Source: Gemmatales bacterium (lineage in GTDB: Bacteria > Planctomycetota > Planctomycetia > Gemmatales > HRBIN36). From it: DNA of 64,000 nucleotides. The number at the start of each line of letters is the position of its first letter. Position 1 is the stretch's first letter. The DNA lies in the NCBI GenBank assembly GCA_041640595.1, contig JBEPZY010000006.1, positions 128,001 through 192,000 of the forward strand, read 5' to 3'. The translations under genes and the position numbers were made by a program. The notes beneath the pieces are model-generated. The model saw only the letters and a list, made by a program, of their open reading frames with translations. It was not told the origin of the DNA and did no database searches. Positions 44,070 through 54,598 of the stretch are shown piece after piece.

Positions 44070-45218
44070 ATGTCCCGTCCTGCATACTGGCTGATTGGTA
44101 CCCTGGCCGGCCTCGCATTATTTTTCGTCGGCTGTGATGACCGTTACCCGGAGGATTTGGAATACTACTTCAGCGATCATACCCGTCGGGCCGACCCGGC
44201 CACCAAACAGCCCAGTCCGGAGCAACTAACACAAGCCCAGCTCACACCCGAAAAGCTCCAGGTGTTAGCCGGGTTGCTCAAGCCCATTTTCGGCACACCC
44301 GCCCATCCGAAAGTGAACGTAAGCCAAGCTGGTTTGGATTTGCCCGATGATCCCGAATTGGCCGGGCTCGACGAAACCACCCTGGCGGAAGGTAGCCGAT
44401 TGTATCGCCGCTTCTGCATTCACTGTCACGGCATCGTTGGTGACGGACGTGGCAGCACGGGTCGCTGGCTCAATCCACCACCGCGGGATTTCCGCACCAT
44501 CTGGTTCAAGTTCCGCTCCACCTACGATCCGAGTGGGGCACTGGCACTGCCTTCGCGAGAAGACCTGAAGCGGACCATCCGGCAGGGAATCCCCGGGGCG
44601 AGCATGCCTTCGTTCGCGCTGTTGTCGGAAGATGAGCTCGAGGCCCTGGTCAGCTACGTCATTCACCTCAACATTCGGGGCCGAACCGAGCACGCTCTGG
44701 GCAGGATTCTGCTGGAGAGCCCTTCGCCGAGTGCCGGTGAAGCGGAGGCAAGGGAAGTTCTGCCGGAGAGCTTGCAAGCCATTGTGTCCAGCTGGACAAC
44801 GCAGAGAAAGAAAGTTAAACCAGTGCCGCCGGCCCCGCGCTGGCCGATAATTGAAACTGCCAGCACACCCACGGAAGCGGCGGAGTTGATGCAACGTGCA
44901 CGTGATCTGTTCGCCAACAAAGGTGCCTGCGTGCAATGCCACGGCATTGACGGGCGTGGCGATCCGCGCGAGGTGCCTGATAACGCAAACCGACGCGATT
45001 TCTGGGGCAATCCGCTTCCGCCGCGGGATTTGACTCAGGGTGTGTTCCGCGGTGGCAGTCGGCCCCAGGATTTATTCTGGCGAATTCGCTTGGGCATCGC
45101 TGGTACGGATATGCCCGCCACCGAGGAAAAGCAACTCTCTGACGAGGAAGTCTGGCTCCTGGTCAACTACGTACTTGATATGGCGCGGATTCAACCGCCC
45201 AGCAAACTCGCTGAGTAA
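44070..45218 (+). CDS. Diheme cytochrome c lipoprotein
   Basis: Lipobox FVGC; CIHCH and CVQCH, each followed by PRD and MP; AGGAGG RBS. Confidence 0.92.
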   Translation: MSRPAYWLIGTLAGLALFFVGCDDRYPEDLEYYFSDHTRRADPATKQPSPEQLTQAQLTPEKLQVLAGLLKPIFGTPAHPKVNVSQAGLDLPDDPELAGLDETTLAEGSRLYRRFCIHCHGIVGDGRGSTGRWLNPPPRDFRTIWFKFRSTYDPSGALALPSREDLKRTIRQGIPGASMPSFALLSEDELEALVSYVIHLNIRGRTEHALGRILLESPSPSAGEAEAREVLPESLQAIVSSWTTQRKKVKPVPPAPRWPIIETASTPTEAAELMQRARDLFANKGACVQCHGIDGRGDPREVPDNANRRDFWGNPLPPRDLTQGVFRGGSRPQDLFWRIRLGIAGTDMPATEEKQLSDEEVWLLVNYVLDMARIQPPSKLAE

Positions 45219-45236
45219 AACTGCCGGAAGGGAGAA

Positions 45237-46100
45237 TTGTCCGTGCGGCTGCAAAAACTGCTCTGGACGCTGCTATTTTTGAGTGTGCCGATATTCGGCG
45301 TGGTCTCGTTCTGGGTCTGCGACCGGTACCAGGCTTTGTGGCCCGCTAATGTCTCCGAGATTTATGGCCGCAAGATTGACCACCTCTTTGACGTGATCAT
45401 GTGGATCACCGGCATCTTTTTCGTGGGCACGGAATTGCTCCTCGTTTACGCCATGTTCACCAGCAAAGATCAGGACTCCCAGGAGAAAGCCGATTTCGTT
45501 CACGGTAACCGCACGATGGAAATCGGCTGGACGCTCATGGCAGCGGCGATCCTGATTTTCGTGGCGTTTTATCAGATTCCCACCTGGACAGAAGTCAAGG
45601 TGCAGAAACCGAAGAAGCCGGCCGACGCCCATATCACCGCCAGTATGTGGATGTGGCAGGTGCGTTATCCGCTCTGGGATGAAAAAGCCCAAGCTCCGAG
45701 GAAACTCGATGTTGTCCAGCCTGCCCTCTCGGAAACTTTCGAGCTGGTTAACGAGCTGCACATTCCCGCTAAGGAAACTGTGCTTATTTACGTGACTTCC
45801 AGAGACGTCATTCATTCCTTCTACGTGCCAAAGATGCGTGTCAAACAGGATGCTGTGCCTGGCCTGCTCATTCCGGTCTGGTTTGATGCCGCCCGACCAG
45901 GCAACTACGAATTTTACTGCGCGGAACTCTGTGGCCCTGGACATTACATGATGCGCGCCCGCGTGGTGGTGCACGAATCGCGTAAGGAATACGAGCAATG
46001 GTTGCGCGAGCAGACGGAGCGATTGCGGGCACCGACGCCTCCGCCGCAAGTTGCCGCTTCCTCCACACCGACCGAGTCGCTTTCTCTGGCCGGCAAGTAG
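45237..46100 (+). CDS. coxB: Cytochrome c oxidase subunit II
   Basis: DVIHSF...CAELCGPGHYMM CuA motif; two TM helices. Confidence 0.96.
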   Translation: MSVRLQKLLWTLLFLSVPIFGVVSFWVCDRYQALWPANVSEIYGRKIDHLFDVIMWITGIFFVGTELLLVYAMFTSKDQDSQEKADFVHGNRTMEIGWTLMAAAILIFVAFYQIPTWTEVKVQKPKKPADAHITASMWMWQVRYPLWDEKAQAPRKLDVVQPALSETFELVNELHIPAKETVLIYVTSRDVIHSFYVPKMRVKQDAVPGLLIPVWFDAARPGNYEFYCAELCGPGHYMMRARVVVHESRKEYEQWLREQTERLRAPTPPPQVAASSTPTESLSLAGK

Positions 46101-46192
46101 TGCCCCGCTCAGGCTGCTGGAGCACAACGCATCAATTTTGCCAATGTATCTTTGTAAGGAACGGCGTCCCGCCTAACCGAGGGTAGCTAAAC

Positions 46193-47998
46193 ATGCAAGC
46201 CACGAATACGGAGCACCATGAAGGCCATCATGGCCACGAACTGAGCTTCATTCGCCGCTATATCTTTTCCACCGACCACAAAATCATCGGGTTGCAATTC
46301 TTTTTCACCGCCTGGGTCATGATGATCGTGGGCGGGTTGCTGGCATTGCTCATCCGCTGGCAGCTGGCGTATCCCGATGCCGAGGTGCCGTTGATTGGCC
46401 GCTGGCTCTGGCCGCACAACGCCGGCAAAATGACTCCCGAAGCCTATGTTTCCGCTGTTACCATGCACGGTTCCATCATGATATTTGCAGTCGTGATTCC
46501 GATGACCACGGCCGCTTTCGGCAACTACCTGATCCCGTTGCAGATCGGCTTTCGGGACATGGCGTTTCCGACGCTGAATATGCTTTCGTACTGGTTTATC
46601 TGGCCGGCACTAGCCTGTTTTATCGCCAGCTTCTTCAGTGCCAGCGGCCCGGCCGGCTCAGGATGGACGGCCTATCCGACGTTGAGTGTGATTCAGCAGG
46701 CGGCTCCGGGTTCTGGGACTGGGCAAACACTGTGGTATCTCGGCCTGCTCTTTGTCGGCGTGTCCTCGATGATGGGTTCGGTCAACTACCTGACCACGAT
46801 CATCAATTGCCGAGCGCCGGGCATGACTTTCTTCCGTTTGCCAATGACGACCTGGTCGCTGTTCGTAACGGCCATTTTGCAGGCGTTTGCTTTGCCAGTG
46901 CTCACGGTAGCCCTGATCCTCGGGCTGCTGGATAACCTGGGCTTCACCTCGTTTTTCGTGCCGCAGAACTTCGACGGCAACTGGATTGTCAACAACTTTG
47001 CCCGACGATCGGCGGGTGGCCAGCCGCTGTTGTTCCAGCACCTGTTCTGGTTCTACTCGCACCCGGCCGTTTACATCATGGTGTTGCCGACGATGGGCAT
47101 GGCCTCGGATATTATCGCCACCCATGTCCGCAAACCTTTGTTCGGCTATAAGCCAATGGTTTATTCGATTCTCGGCATCGCCGGGTTGGGATTTATCGTG
47201 TGGGGACATCATATGTTCGTCAGCGGTATGAATCCGACCCTGGGCACGGCGTTCATGGTCGCCACCATCATGATCGCCCTGCCTTCCTCGGTGAAGGTCT
47301 TCAACTGGATTTTCACCCTCTGGGGAAGTAAACCGGACTGGAGCACGGCACTGTTGTTTGCACTGGCATTCGTCGCCTTCTTCATCATCGGTGGGTTGAG
47401 CGGCATTTTCATGGCCTCCACACCGACCGACATTCACATTCACGACACGTACTTCATCGTGGCCCACTTCCACTTTGTCATCATGCTGGGCGGTATGTTT
47501 GCGATCTTTGCCGCCACCTATCACTGGTTCCCGAAGATGTTCGGCCGCAAGATGAACGAGACGCTGGGCAAGTTGCACTTTGTGTTCTCGTTCATCCCGA
47601 TCTTCATCGGCTTCTATCTGATGCACCAGGTGGGTCTGCTGGGGCAACCGCGTCGTTATGCCGACATCCGACCGATGCTGGACACGGAAGCCGGTTATGC
47701 CATCATCCTGATGAATAAGATCAGCACGCACAGCATATTCGTGTTTGCGGCAGCGCAGGTAATTTTCGCGTTCAACCTGTTCTACAGCATGTTCTTTGGC
47801 GAGAAGGTTGACCGCAACCCGTGGCGATCGAACTCGCTGGAATGGGAAGCCCCTTCGCCCCCGCCGCATGGCAATTTCGAGCGTACCCCGGTGGTTTATC
47901 GCGGCCCTTACGAATACAGCCATCCTGCCGCGGAGCAGGACTACTTGCCGCAGACTCACCCACCCATTCCGGGTGAAGAGGAGCACACCGGCCATTGA
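46193..47998 (+). CDS. coxA: Cytochrome c oxidase subunit I, A2 type
   Basis: STDHK, WFYSHPAVY (YS motif of A2), WGHHM, HDTYF.VAHFH, PRR. Confidence 0.97.
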   Translation: MQATNTEHHEGHHGHELSFIRRYIFSTDHKIIGLQFFFTAWVMMIVGGLLALLIRWQLAYPDAEVPLIGRWLWPHNAGKMTPEAYVSAVTMHGSIMIFAVVIPMTTAAFGNYLIPLQIGFRDMAFPTLNMLSYWFIWPALACFIASFFSASGPAGSGWTAYPTLSVIQQAAPGSGTGQTLWYLGLLFVGVSSMMGSVNYLTTIINCRAPGMTFFRLPMTTWSLFVTAILQAFALPVLTVALILGLLDNLGFTSFFVPQNFDGNWIVNNFARRSAGGQPLLFQHLFWFYSHPAVYIMVLPTMGMASDIIATHVRKPLFGYKPMVYSILGIAGLGFIVWGHHMFVSGMNPTLGTAFMVATIMIALPSSVKVFNWIFTLWGSKPDWSTALLFALAFVAFFIIGGLSGIFMASTPTDIHIHDTYFIVAHFHFVIMLGGMFAIFAATYHWFPKMFGRKMNETLGKLHFVFSFIPIFIGFYLMHQVGLLGQPRRYADIRPMLDTEAGYAIILMNKISTHSIFVFAAAQVIFAFNLFYSMFFGEKVDRNPWRSNSLEWEAPSPPPHGNFERTPVVYRGPYEYSHPAAEQDYLPQTHPPIPGEEEHTGH

Positions 47999-48032
47999 CC
48001 GTACCAAAGTCCCCTGCCGGAGTCGGAGTAGC

Positions 48033-49010
48033 GTGACTGGTCAAGGCACCGGTTATTGTTTCGGCTTGCATTTGTGGAGCCTGCTGACAGCGCTGGCAAC
48101 TATTCCGCTGTTGCTGGCTGGCGGCACAGTAACCACCATGCGCTGGGGTATGGTGGACGATACCTGGCCGACTTCGCCCTGGTACTTGCTGGCTAACTGG
48201 TCGGAAGCGCTGGCGCGGGGACTGGCGTTTGTTGCAGAACACGGTCATCGGCAACTCGGTTGGCTGGTGGGCGGTCTGACGCTTGTGTTAACTGGCTGGA
48301 CGTGGTTGACGGCCAAACAACGGCACACGCGTTTGCATAACTGGCTGGCATTGGCGTGCTTGCTCGGTGTCGCCTTGCAGGGGCTTCTCGGCGGTCTGCG
48401 TGTGCTTTACGAGGTGCCCATCGGCCGGGAACTGGCCATGCTGCATGGCATCATCGGGCAGGTTGTCTTCACGCTCCTGGTGGCTATGGCAACAGTCCTT
48501 TCGCCGAGCTGGCTAGCCGGTGAAACGGTGCCCGTGTCTGGCCGCAACAAGATGCTGCGTCTGGCTGGATTGACCCTGGGGCTGCTCATGGCCCAGCTGG
48601 TAGTGGGAGTATGGCTTAGGCAAGCTGGTGGCCGAACCAGCTGGCCGATCGTCGTGCATTTGGTGCTGGCAGCAGGAATTTTGTTCCACGCAGTATTGCT
48701 ATACGTGAAAAGTCAGTCGCTGGAGCCAGGCGCATATCGCTATCTTCGCTGGCCTGGTTTCTGGTTAGGAGTGCTGGCGGGAATCCAGGTCCTGTTCGGC
48801 ATGGGGAGCTGGATGCTGGGCGGCGGTGATGGAGGCTTAAGCCGGGAAATCTCCCCAGAACGTGCTCTGGTGGCGACGGGGCACATGCTGATCGGGGCAC
48901 TGTTGCTGGCGGCATCGGCTACGATGGCACTGCGCATAGCGCACCACCTGAGGGAAAGCGTTTCGACCGTTGCGATTCCATCTCCCCTGGCCCTGGGAGG
49001 GCAGCCATGA
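48033..49010 (+). CDS. ctaA: Heme A synthase (COX15/CtaA family)
   Basis: EHGHR, Q..LGG.RV, LHG, and later His motifs; GTG start with GGAG RBS. Confidence 0.85.
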   Translation: MTGQGTGYCFGLHLWSLLTALATIPLLLAGGTVTTMRWGMVDDTWPTSPWYLLANWSEALARGLAFVAEHGHRQLGWLVGGLTLVLTGWTWLTAKQRHTRLHNWLALACLLGVALQGLLGGLRVLYEVPIGRELAMLHGIIGQVVFTLLVAMATVLSPSWLAGETVPVSGRNKMLRLAGLTLGLLMAQLVVGVWLRQAGGRTSWPIVVHLVLAAGILFHAVLLYVKSQSLEPGAYRYLRWPGFWLGVLAGIQVLFGMGSWMLGGGDGGLSREISPERALVATGHMLIGALLLAASATMALRIAHHLRESVSTVAIPSPLALGGQP

Positions 49011-50038
49011 AAGTGGTGCCCGCTTCGTCTGGCACCTGGTCTGGTGAGATCCTTGTGCCATTAGTCCCGGCGAAAGAATCAGCCGGAGACAGGGTAACGG
49101 TGCCTGATGGTGTTTCGCTTCAGGTTGGTGGCGTACAGGTTTCCGGTGCAGAAGAAACCCGCCGGGAGATTCGTAGCAGCTGGTGGAGCGATTGGGCCGA
49201 ATTGTGCAAGGTCCGCTTGAACAGCCTGGTGCTGTACACGGTAGTGGTTGGATATGTGAGCGGTTCCGCCTGGCAGGGCGGCTGGACAGGAGCGGGTTTG
49301 TTGTGGACGTTGCTGGGAACGGCATTATTGGCGTTTGGTGCATCCGTGCTCAATCAGTATGTGGAACGGGATTTGGATGCTCGCATGGTGCGAACGCAGC
49401 GGCGACCGCTTCCTGCCGGCAGGGTGCGACCGGAGTCGGCATTGCGAGGCGGAGTGCTGCTTGCATGTGCGGGCCTGGTCGTGCTGGTCGCCGCTACTCC
49501 GCCGATTACGGCTCTGCTTGGTGCTACCACGCTGGCGCTGTATCTGGGCGTTTACACGCCACTGAAGACCCGCTCCACGCTGAACACGGTGGCGGGTGCT
49601 ATAGCTGGTGCACTGCCCCCGCTGATCGGTTGGAGTGCGGCCCGCGGCGAACTGGAATGGCCAGCCTGGTCGTTATTTTTGATGCAGTTCTTGTGGCAAT
49701 TCCCCCATTTCTGGGCGATCGTGTGGCTATATCGTGAGGATTACGCTCGTGCCGGCATGAAAATGGTACCGGTGCTGGACCCGAATGGGCGCATGACCGG
49801 GCGATTGCTGGTCAACCATTGTCTGGTGTTGGCAGCCGCGAGTTTCAGTCCCGTGCTTACCGGACTGAGCGGGACGCGCTATCTGGTAGCTGCTGTTGTG
49901 CTTGGCGCAGCTTTCGTGCTTTCGGCATGGTGGTTTTTGTTGTCGCCGAATCGCGCTCGTGCTCGCTTGGTGCTCTGGACATCGCTGGTCTATCTTCCAG
50001 TCCTTTTCACCATTTTGCTGATAGACGGCACTGCCTGA
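49007..50038 (+). CDS. ctaB: Heme O synthase (protoheme IX farnesyltransferase)
   Basis: N...ERD.D..M.RT..RP.P.G, YT.LK, WQFPHFWAI. Confidence 0.95.
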   Translation: MKVVPASSGTWSGEILVPLVPAKESAGDRVTVPDGVSLQVGGVQVSGAEETRREIRSSWWSDWAELCKVRLNSLVLYTVVVGYVSGSAWQGGWTGAGLLWTLLGTALLAFGASVLNQYVERDLDARMVRTQRRPLPAGRVRPESALRGGVLLACAGLVVLVAATPPITALLGATTLALYLGVYTPLKTRSTLNTVAGAIAGALPPLIGWSAARGELEWPAWSLFLMQFLWQFPHFWAIVWLYREDYARAGMKMVPVLDPNGRMTGRLLVNHCLVLAAASFSPVLTGLSGTRYLVAAVVLGAAFVLSAWWFLLSPNRARARLVLWTSLVYLPVLFTILLIDGTA

Positions 50039-50119
50039 CTGCATCATTTTCTGGAGGCAAGGACGACACAGCATTCCCGAAACGCAATAGCCAGCTGAGA
50101 CAAGAGGAGATAGATAGCC

Positions 50120-51172
50120 ATGGCAGCTCTAGAACATGCCTTGCATGGGGAAGAACCGCGAGCGATGGGGTTGCCTTTACCCAACTCCAAACTCGCGATG
50201 TGGCTGTTTCTGGCAACGGAAATCATGTTCTTTTCGGGCCTGATTGGGGCCTACATCGTGCAACGGTTCGGAGCGCCACACTGGCCCAGGCCGGAGGAAA
50301 TGCATCTGGTCGTGGCCCTGGGAGCCTTCAATACTTTCGTGCTAATCTGCAGTTCGGTTACGGTAGTGCTGGCGCTGAAGGCGTTGCATGAAGAGAAGAC
50401 GCAGCAGGCCGCGATGTTTTTGCTGGCGACATTCCTGCTCGGCGGCGTGTTCATGGTGGTCAAAGCTATCGAATACACCGACAAATGGCGGCATCACCTC
50501 CTGCCGGGACAGGTAATCGAAAGCGTACCGGCCCTGGTGCAGGAAGCACTGGCAGAGCGGCGGCAGGTTGCCCAGCAGCAAAAGAAAAAGCCCGAAGAGG
50601 ACGCCGTTTTTGTCGCTTTGGATCGTTTCTACCGTTACAACATAGGGAATGCTCGCTTGCAACCTGCGCAAGCGCTCAAGTGGTACAATGACGTTCGCAA
50701 CGCATTTCCCCAAGCCGGGCTACCAGACATCACACGTGGTGAAGAAGTGGCCGAGACGGTGGGAAGACTTGTTCAGACCCGTCGCGCCGAACTGAAAGAA
50801 AAGCGTACTGCTCACGACCCCCTTCTGGAGGAACTCGAAGCCTTGTCGTTGGCCGCTCACGGTATTCCCATGAGCAGACGGCAGCAAGCCGTTCACTACC
50901 ACTACTTATCGGAGCAGAAATACCGGGAAGCGCATCTGCCCGAGTTGCGGCTGTACGGAAACACGTGGTCATCGTTTTATTTCACGCTGACGGGCATCCA
51001 CGCGCTGCACGTGCTCGGCGGCATGGTGATCTTCGCCGTGCTCCTGGTGTTTTACCTGCTGGGTCGGCTTGGCCCGGATAAGGCCATCTGGGTCGAAAAC
51101 GCCGGTCTTTACTGGCACTTTGTGGACATCGTCTGGATTTTCCTCTTCCCGCTGCTATACCTGATTGGATAG
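50120..51172 (+). CDS. coxC: Cytochrome c oxidase subunit III with large soluble insertion
   Basis: [31 protein letters not shown]. Confidence 0.93.
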   Translation: MAALEHALHGEEPRAMGLPLPNSKLAMWLFLATEIMFFSGLIGAYIVQRFGAPHWPRPEEMHLVVALGAFNTFVLICSSVTVVLALKALHEEKTQQAAMFLLATFLLGGVFMVVKAIEYTDKWRHHLLPGQVIESVPALVQEALAERRQVAQQQKKKPEEDAVFVALDRFYRYNIGNARLQPAQALKWYNDVRNAFPQAGLPDITRGEEVAETVGRLVQTRRAELKEKRTAHDPLLEELEALSLAAHGIPMSRRQQAVHYHYLSEQKYREAHLPELRLYGNTWSSFYFTLTGIHALHVLGGMVIFAVLLVFYLLGRLGPDKAIWVENAGLYWHFVDIVWIFLFPLLYLIG

Positions 51173-51193
51173 GAGAACGAGGGAGAAATCCAC

Positions 51194-51520
51194 ATGACTG
51201 CGACTCATGAAACCCACGCCCATCCGAATTACCTGGCCGTTTTTGCCGCTCTGGTAGTGCTGACCGGCATCTCGGTCAGTTCGGAGTACTTTCTCGGAGC
51301 CGGCGCAGCCCACGTGGTCAACGTGCTGGTGGCGGTATGTAAGGCCGTGCTGGTGGCTATGTTCTTCATGCACCTGAAGTACGATTGGTTCAAGGTGTAC
51401 TTCATGGTGGTTCCGACGCTCATTGTCGGCATCGTGCTGGTATTGACGCTGATGCCGGACGCCACGTTCTCGCAATACCGCAACTTGCTGGGCGTGCCCC
51501 CGCCGATTGTTGCGGATTAA
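51194..51520 (+). CDS. Cytochrome c oxidase subunit IV family protein
   Basis: Y..VF..L..LT, KA.LV..FFMHLK. Confidence 0.9.
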   Translation: MTATHETHAHPNYLAVFAALVVLTGISVSSEYFLGAGAAHVVNVLVAVCKAVLVAMFFMHLKYDWFKVYFMVVPTLIVGIVLVLTLMPDATFSQYRNLLGVPPPIVAD

Positions 51521-51545
51521 CTGCCTACACTGGTGCCGATTGGCG

Positions 51546-52649
51546 ATGCAATGCCGTTCCTGGCTATGGTGGAGTTTGCTGAGCATTGCCATCGCCGGTT
51601 CCATTGGATATGCGCTTTTCGCGCAGTGGGGCAGGTTCCGGACAGGTTCGGAGCGGGAAACCGCAACCGACGAGTACCTCCGCCTGCCGCCAGCCGTGTT
51701 CCTGGAACGTAGCGGTCGCACAGTCAGCACCCGCGATCTCCAGGGGCAGGTTACCATTGTCGGTTTCTTCTTCTCCTGCTGTCAGGCGTCGTGTCCGAAA
51801 ATCTGCCAGGCCATGCAGGATTTGCAATGGCAGCTTCGCGGCACGGATGTTCGGCTGGTGCTGATCAGCGTGGACCCGGAAACCGATCGCGCCGACCGAT
51901 TGCGCCAGGTCGCGGACAGTTTGCAGGCCGACCCCGAACGCTGGTGGTTCCTGACGCAGCCGGAACCAGATTCGGAAAGGTTGTACGCCTGGATCGAAGA
52001 AGGGTTCGGACCAGCCGCTAAGCCAAAGCACCTGAGCTGGTATCACGCCGCACCACGCGGTTGGGACATCGCCCACAGCAACCGACTTTTTTTGCTGGAT
52101 CGACAGGGGCGCATCCGCGACAGTGAACTAGTCGTGCGGCTGGAAGGAGAAAACTCCCCGCTGTTCGTTGTAGATGACGAAGCTGTGCAGAGCCTCGCCG
52201 AAAAAGCCCGTCGCCTTGCTGGCAGTTCCTGGTTATCTCTCCGCTGGCTGCCGACGGTCAACGTTTCGCTCAACGCCACCAGCCTAGTGCTGTTACTATG
52301 CGGGTTCACGGCCATTCGCTTCCGCCGAATTGCATGGCACCGGCGATGCATGATCGCGGCGGCTGTGGTGTCGGCTCTGTTTCTGGCTTCGTATGTTTAC
52401 TACCACTGGCGCGTCGGCCACACGCGCTATCCGGGCGAAGGTTGGGACAGAACTGTGTACCTCGTTATTCTCGCCTCACATATCATCCTTGCTGCCAGCC
52501 TGGTCGTCCTGGTGCCGATGGTCTTATTCCTGGCAATACGTCAGCGCTGGGGCGGACACCGAATTTTGGCCCGGTGTACCTTGCCGATCTGGCTGTACGT
52601 TTGTCTAACCGGTATTGTGGTCTATGCGATGCTGTATGGCTTTCGCTAG
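51546..52649 (+). CDS. SCO/SenC copper chaperone fused to DUF420 membrane domain
   Basis: C.ASCP (CxxxC), ISVDPE.D, HS...FL.D..G; C-terminal N..S...H...M...S..FL..Y...H...H..LA...H...R...PIW.YV..TG. Confidence 0.88.
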   Translation: MQCRSWLWWSLLSIAIAGSIGYALFAQWGRFRTGSERETATDEYLRLPPAVFLERSGRTVSTRDLQGQVTIVGFFFSCCQASCPKICQAMQDLQWQLRGTDVRLVLISVDPETDRADRLRQVADSLQADPERWWFLTQPEPDSERLYAWIEEGFGPAAKPKHLSWYHAAPRGWDIAHSNRLFLLDRQGRIRDSELVVRLEGENSPLFVVDDEAVQSLAEKARRLAGSSWLSLRWLPTVNVSLNATSLVLLLCGFTAIRFRRIAWHRRCMIAAAVVSALFLASYVYYHWRVGHTRYPGEGWDRTVYLVILASHIILAASLVVLVPMVLFLAIRQRWGGHRILARCTLPIWLYVCLTGIVVYAMLYGFR

Positions 52650-52714
52650 CGGCCAGGCACAGCGCGACCGATTCTCGGACAGTGAACGTTCCCAGCTCAT
52701 GAGGAGTGCGCTCC

Positions 52715-53824
52715 ATGATTTCCACTCGTCATGCACCGGTTATGCTGATCACCGCCACGCTGGCTTTGCTGGCTGGTGTGTCGGTATCGCTGCCGGCCAA
52801 TGCGGATAAAACCGCTCCGGTTTATGCGGACCGCCAGAACCTGCTTTTCTACTACGATGCCAAGGGAGAGCTTCGCCCCGTAACGACGCCGCAAGAGTGG
52901 GACATTCGCCGTCAGCATATCCTGGCCAACATGCAGAAAGTCATGGGACCCTTGCCGAAACACGATCCCGATTTGCCGCTGGAAATTCAAATCGTGGAGG
53001 AGGTGGCCACGCCCAAATATGTTCGTCGCAAAATCACGTACCAGTCCGAGAAAGGCGACCGGGTCCCCGCCTACCTGCTGATACCGCGACAACGCACCGG
53101 CAAAGTGCCAGGCGTCGTTTGTCTGCATCCCACCAATCGCGAACTGGGTAAAGGCGTGGTTTGCGGTCTGGGCGGTTTACCGCATCGCCAGTATGCCGTC
53201 GAATTGGCCGAACTCGGCTTCGTGACCATCGCCCCGGACTATGTCAACATGGGCGAGTACAAATGCGATCCCTACCAGCGTGGCTACATCAGCGCCACCA
53301 TGAAAGGCATCGTTAACCACCGCCGCGCAGTGGACGTGTTGCAAAGTTTGGCGGAAGTGGATGCGGCTCGGATTGGCGCTATCGGGCACTCCCTCGGTGG
53401 GCATAACAGTATTTTTCTGGCTGTCTTTGATGAACGCGTCCGCTGCGTGGTTTCCAGCTGCGGTTTTTGCAGTTTTCGCACCTATATGATGGGCAATCTT
53501 CGCGGCTGGAGTCATGCCGGATATATGCCGCTCATCCTCAAGAATTACGACGCCGACCCCAAGAAGATGCCCTCCGAGTTTACCGAAGTGATTGCTGCAC
53601 TGGCTCCGCGTCCGTTCCTGGCTGTTGCTCCGCTCAAGGACTCGAATTTTGATGTCGAAGGCGTTCGAGAGTGTATTCGTGCCGCGGAACCGGTCTATAA
53701 ACTTCTGAACGCTGGTGACCGTCTCCGCGCTTTGTATCCCGATGCGGGACACGACTTCCCTGATGACGCCCGCCAGGAAGCGTATCGCTGGCTGCAACAC
53801 CATCTCACCGCCACAAGCCGCTAA
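52715..53824 (+). CDS. Exported alpha/beta hydrolase (dienelactone hydrolase-like)
   Basis: Signal peptide; GHSLGG nucleophile elbow; APRP, D, GHDF. Confidence 0.88.
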   Translation: MISTRHAPVMLITATLALLAGVSVSLPANADKTAPVYADRQNLLFYYDAKGELRPVTTPQEWDIRRQHILANMQKVMGPLPKHDPDLPLEIQIVEEVATPKYVRRKITYQSEKGDRVPAYLLIPRQRTGKVPGVVCLHPTNRELGKGVVCGLGGLPHRQYAVELAELGFVTIAPDYVNMGEYKCDPYQRGYISATMKGIVNHRRAVDVLQSLAEVDAARIGAIGHSLGGHNSIFLAVFDERVRCVVSSCGFCSFRTYMMGNLRGWSHAGYMPLILKNYDADPKKMPSEFTEVIAALAPRPFLAVAPLKDSNFDVEGVRECIRAAEPVYKLLNAGDRLRALYPDAGHDFPDDARQEAYRWLQHHLTATSR

Positions 53825-54230
53825 CCGTGTTCGTCGTGGGACCTCTCAGCGGCAACCCCTGATTTGGTTCCATCATAACGCCGTGAGCGGGTAACTGCTA
53901 CAGGAAAAATCGCATCCCTGGCTAATTCCAACCGTCATCGTGCGCAGACTCTCCAGCGTAACGACCAACCTCCCAGCCAATCTGGCTCACCACAGGGTGA
54001 ATGAGTTGCTCTCATGTCGTCAGGACAGCAGCGAACGAAATGGATGGTGCAACGTAATTGCAGCCTGGTCTGTCTCCGCTGCGGTCTATCCTTCCAAACG
54101 GCCATCTCCGAGGCGTTGTTCTTGCGTCAATCACAGCAAGGGTATCCCAATTACGAACCAGTTATTCCGAACGGCCGATATAGAGGCATTGCCGCTGCAC
54201 GCCGATACGTGTCATTGTTGTTTATGGGGA

Positions 54231-54598
54231 TTACTCGATCGGTAATCGGCGGATGTGAATGCGAGTGTCCTCAAGAACAACAACACTTCCTTGCTCGAGA
54301 GCGTCCGTGAACCTCGGCAGATTAGTAAGAAGCAAGCGAAGCTGCTCGTTCGGTCTGCGTCCAAACAGCCGCCGGAACAGAATTACCGACGGCTTGTTGC
54401 TGTTTCGGTGAGCCAGGATCACGCTAAAATCCGTGTCTGCCGAAACGGGACACGTTCTTCGGAGGCCGCACGGTCGAATGCTTCCGCGTCTTCAGCCGCT
54501 TGCAGTCCGTATTCGCGAACGTGGACTGTGTCGTGTCCGGCTTGGCGTAGCCCCTCCGCCACTGGAGGCGAAAGAGCATTATCTACCAGGAATTTCAT
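54231..54598 (-). pseudogene. Frameshifted DUF5615 PIN-like (VapC45-type) toxin
   Basis: [10 protein letters not shown]...GHD..HV...D...FDRA..E.RV in one frame, then VSADTDF...PSVILFR in a shifted frame; one base missing near 54447-54449. Confidence 0.8.

Noticed and set aside
46658..48007. 449-aa minus-strand ORF
   Set aside because: Antisense shadow of coxA caused by codon bias
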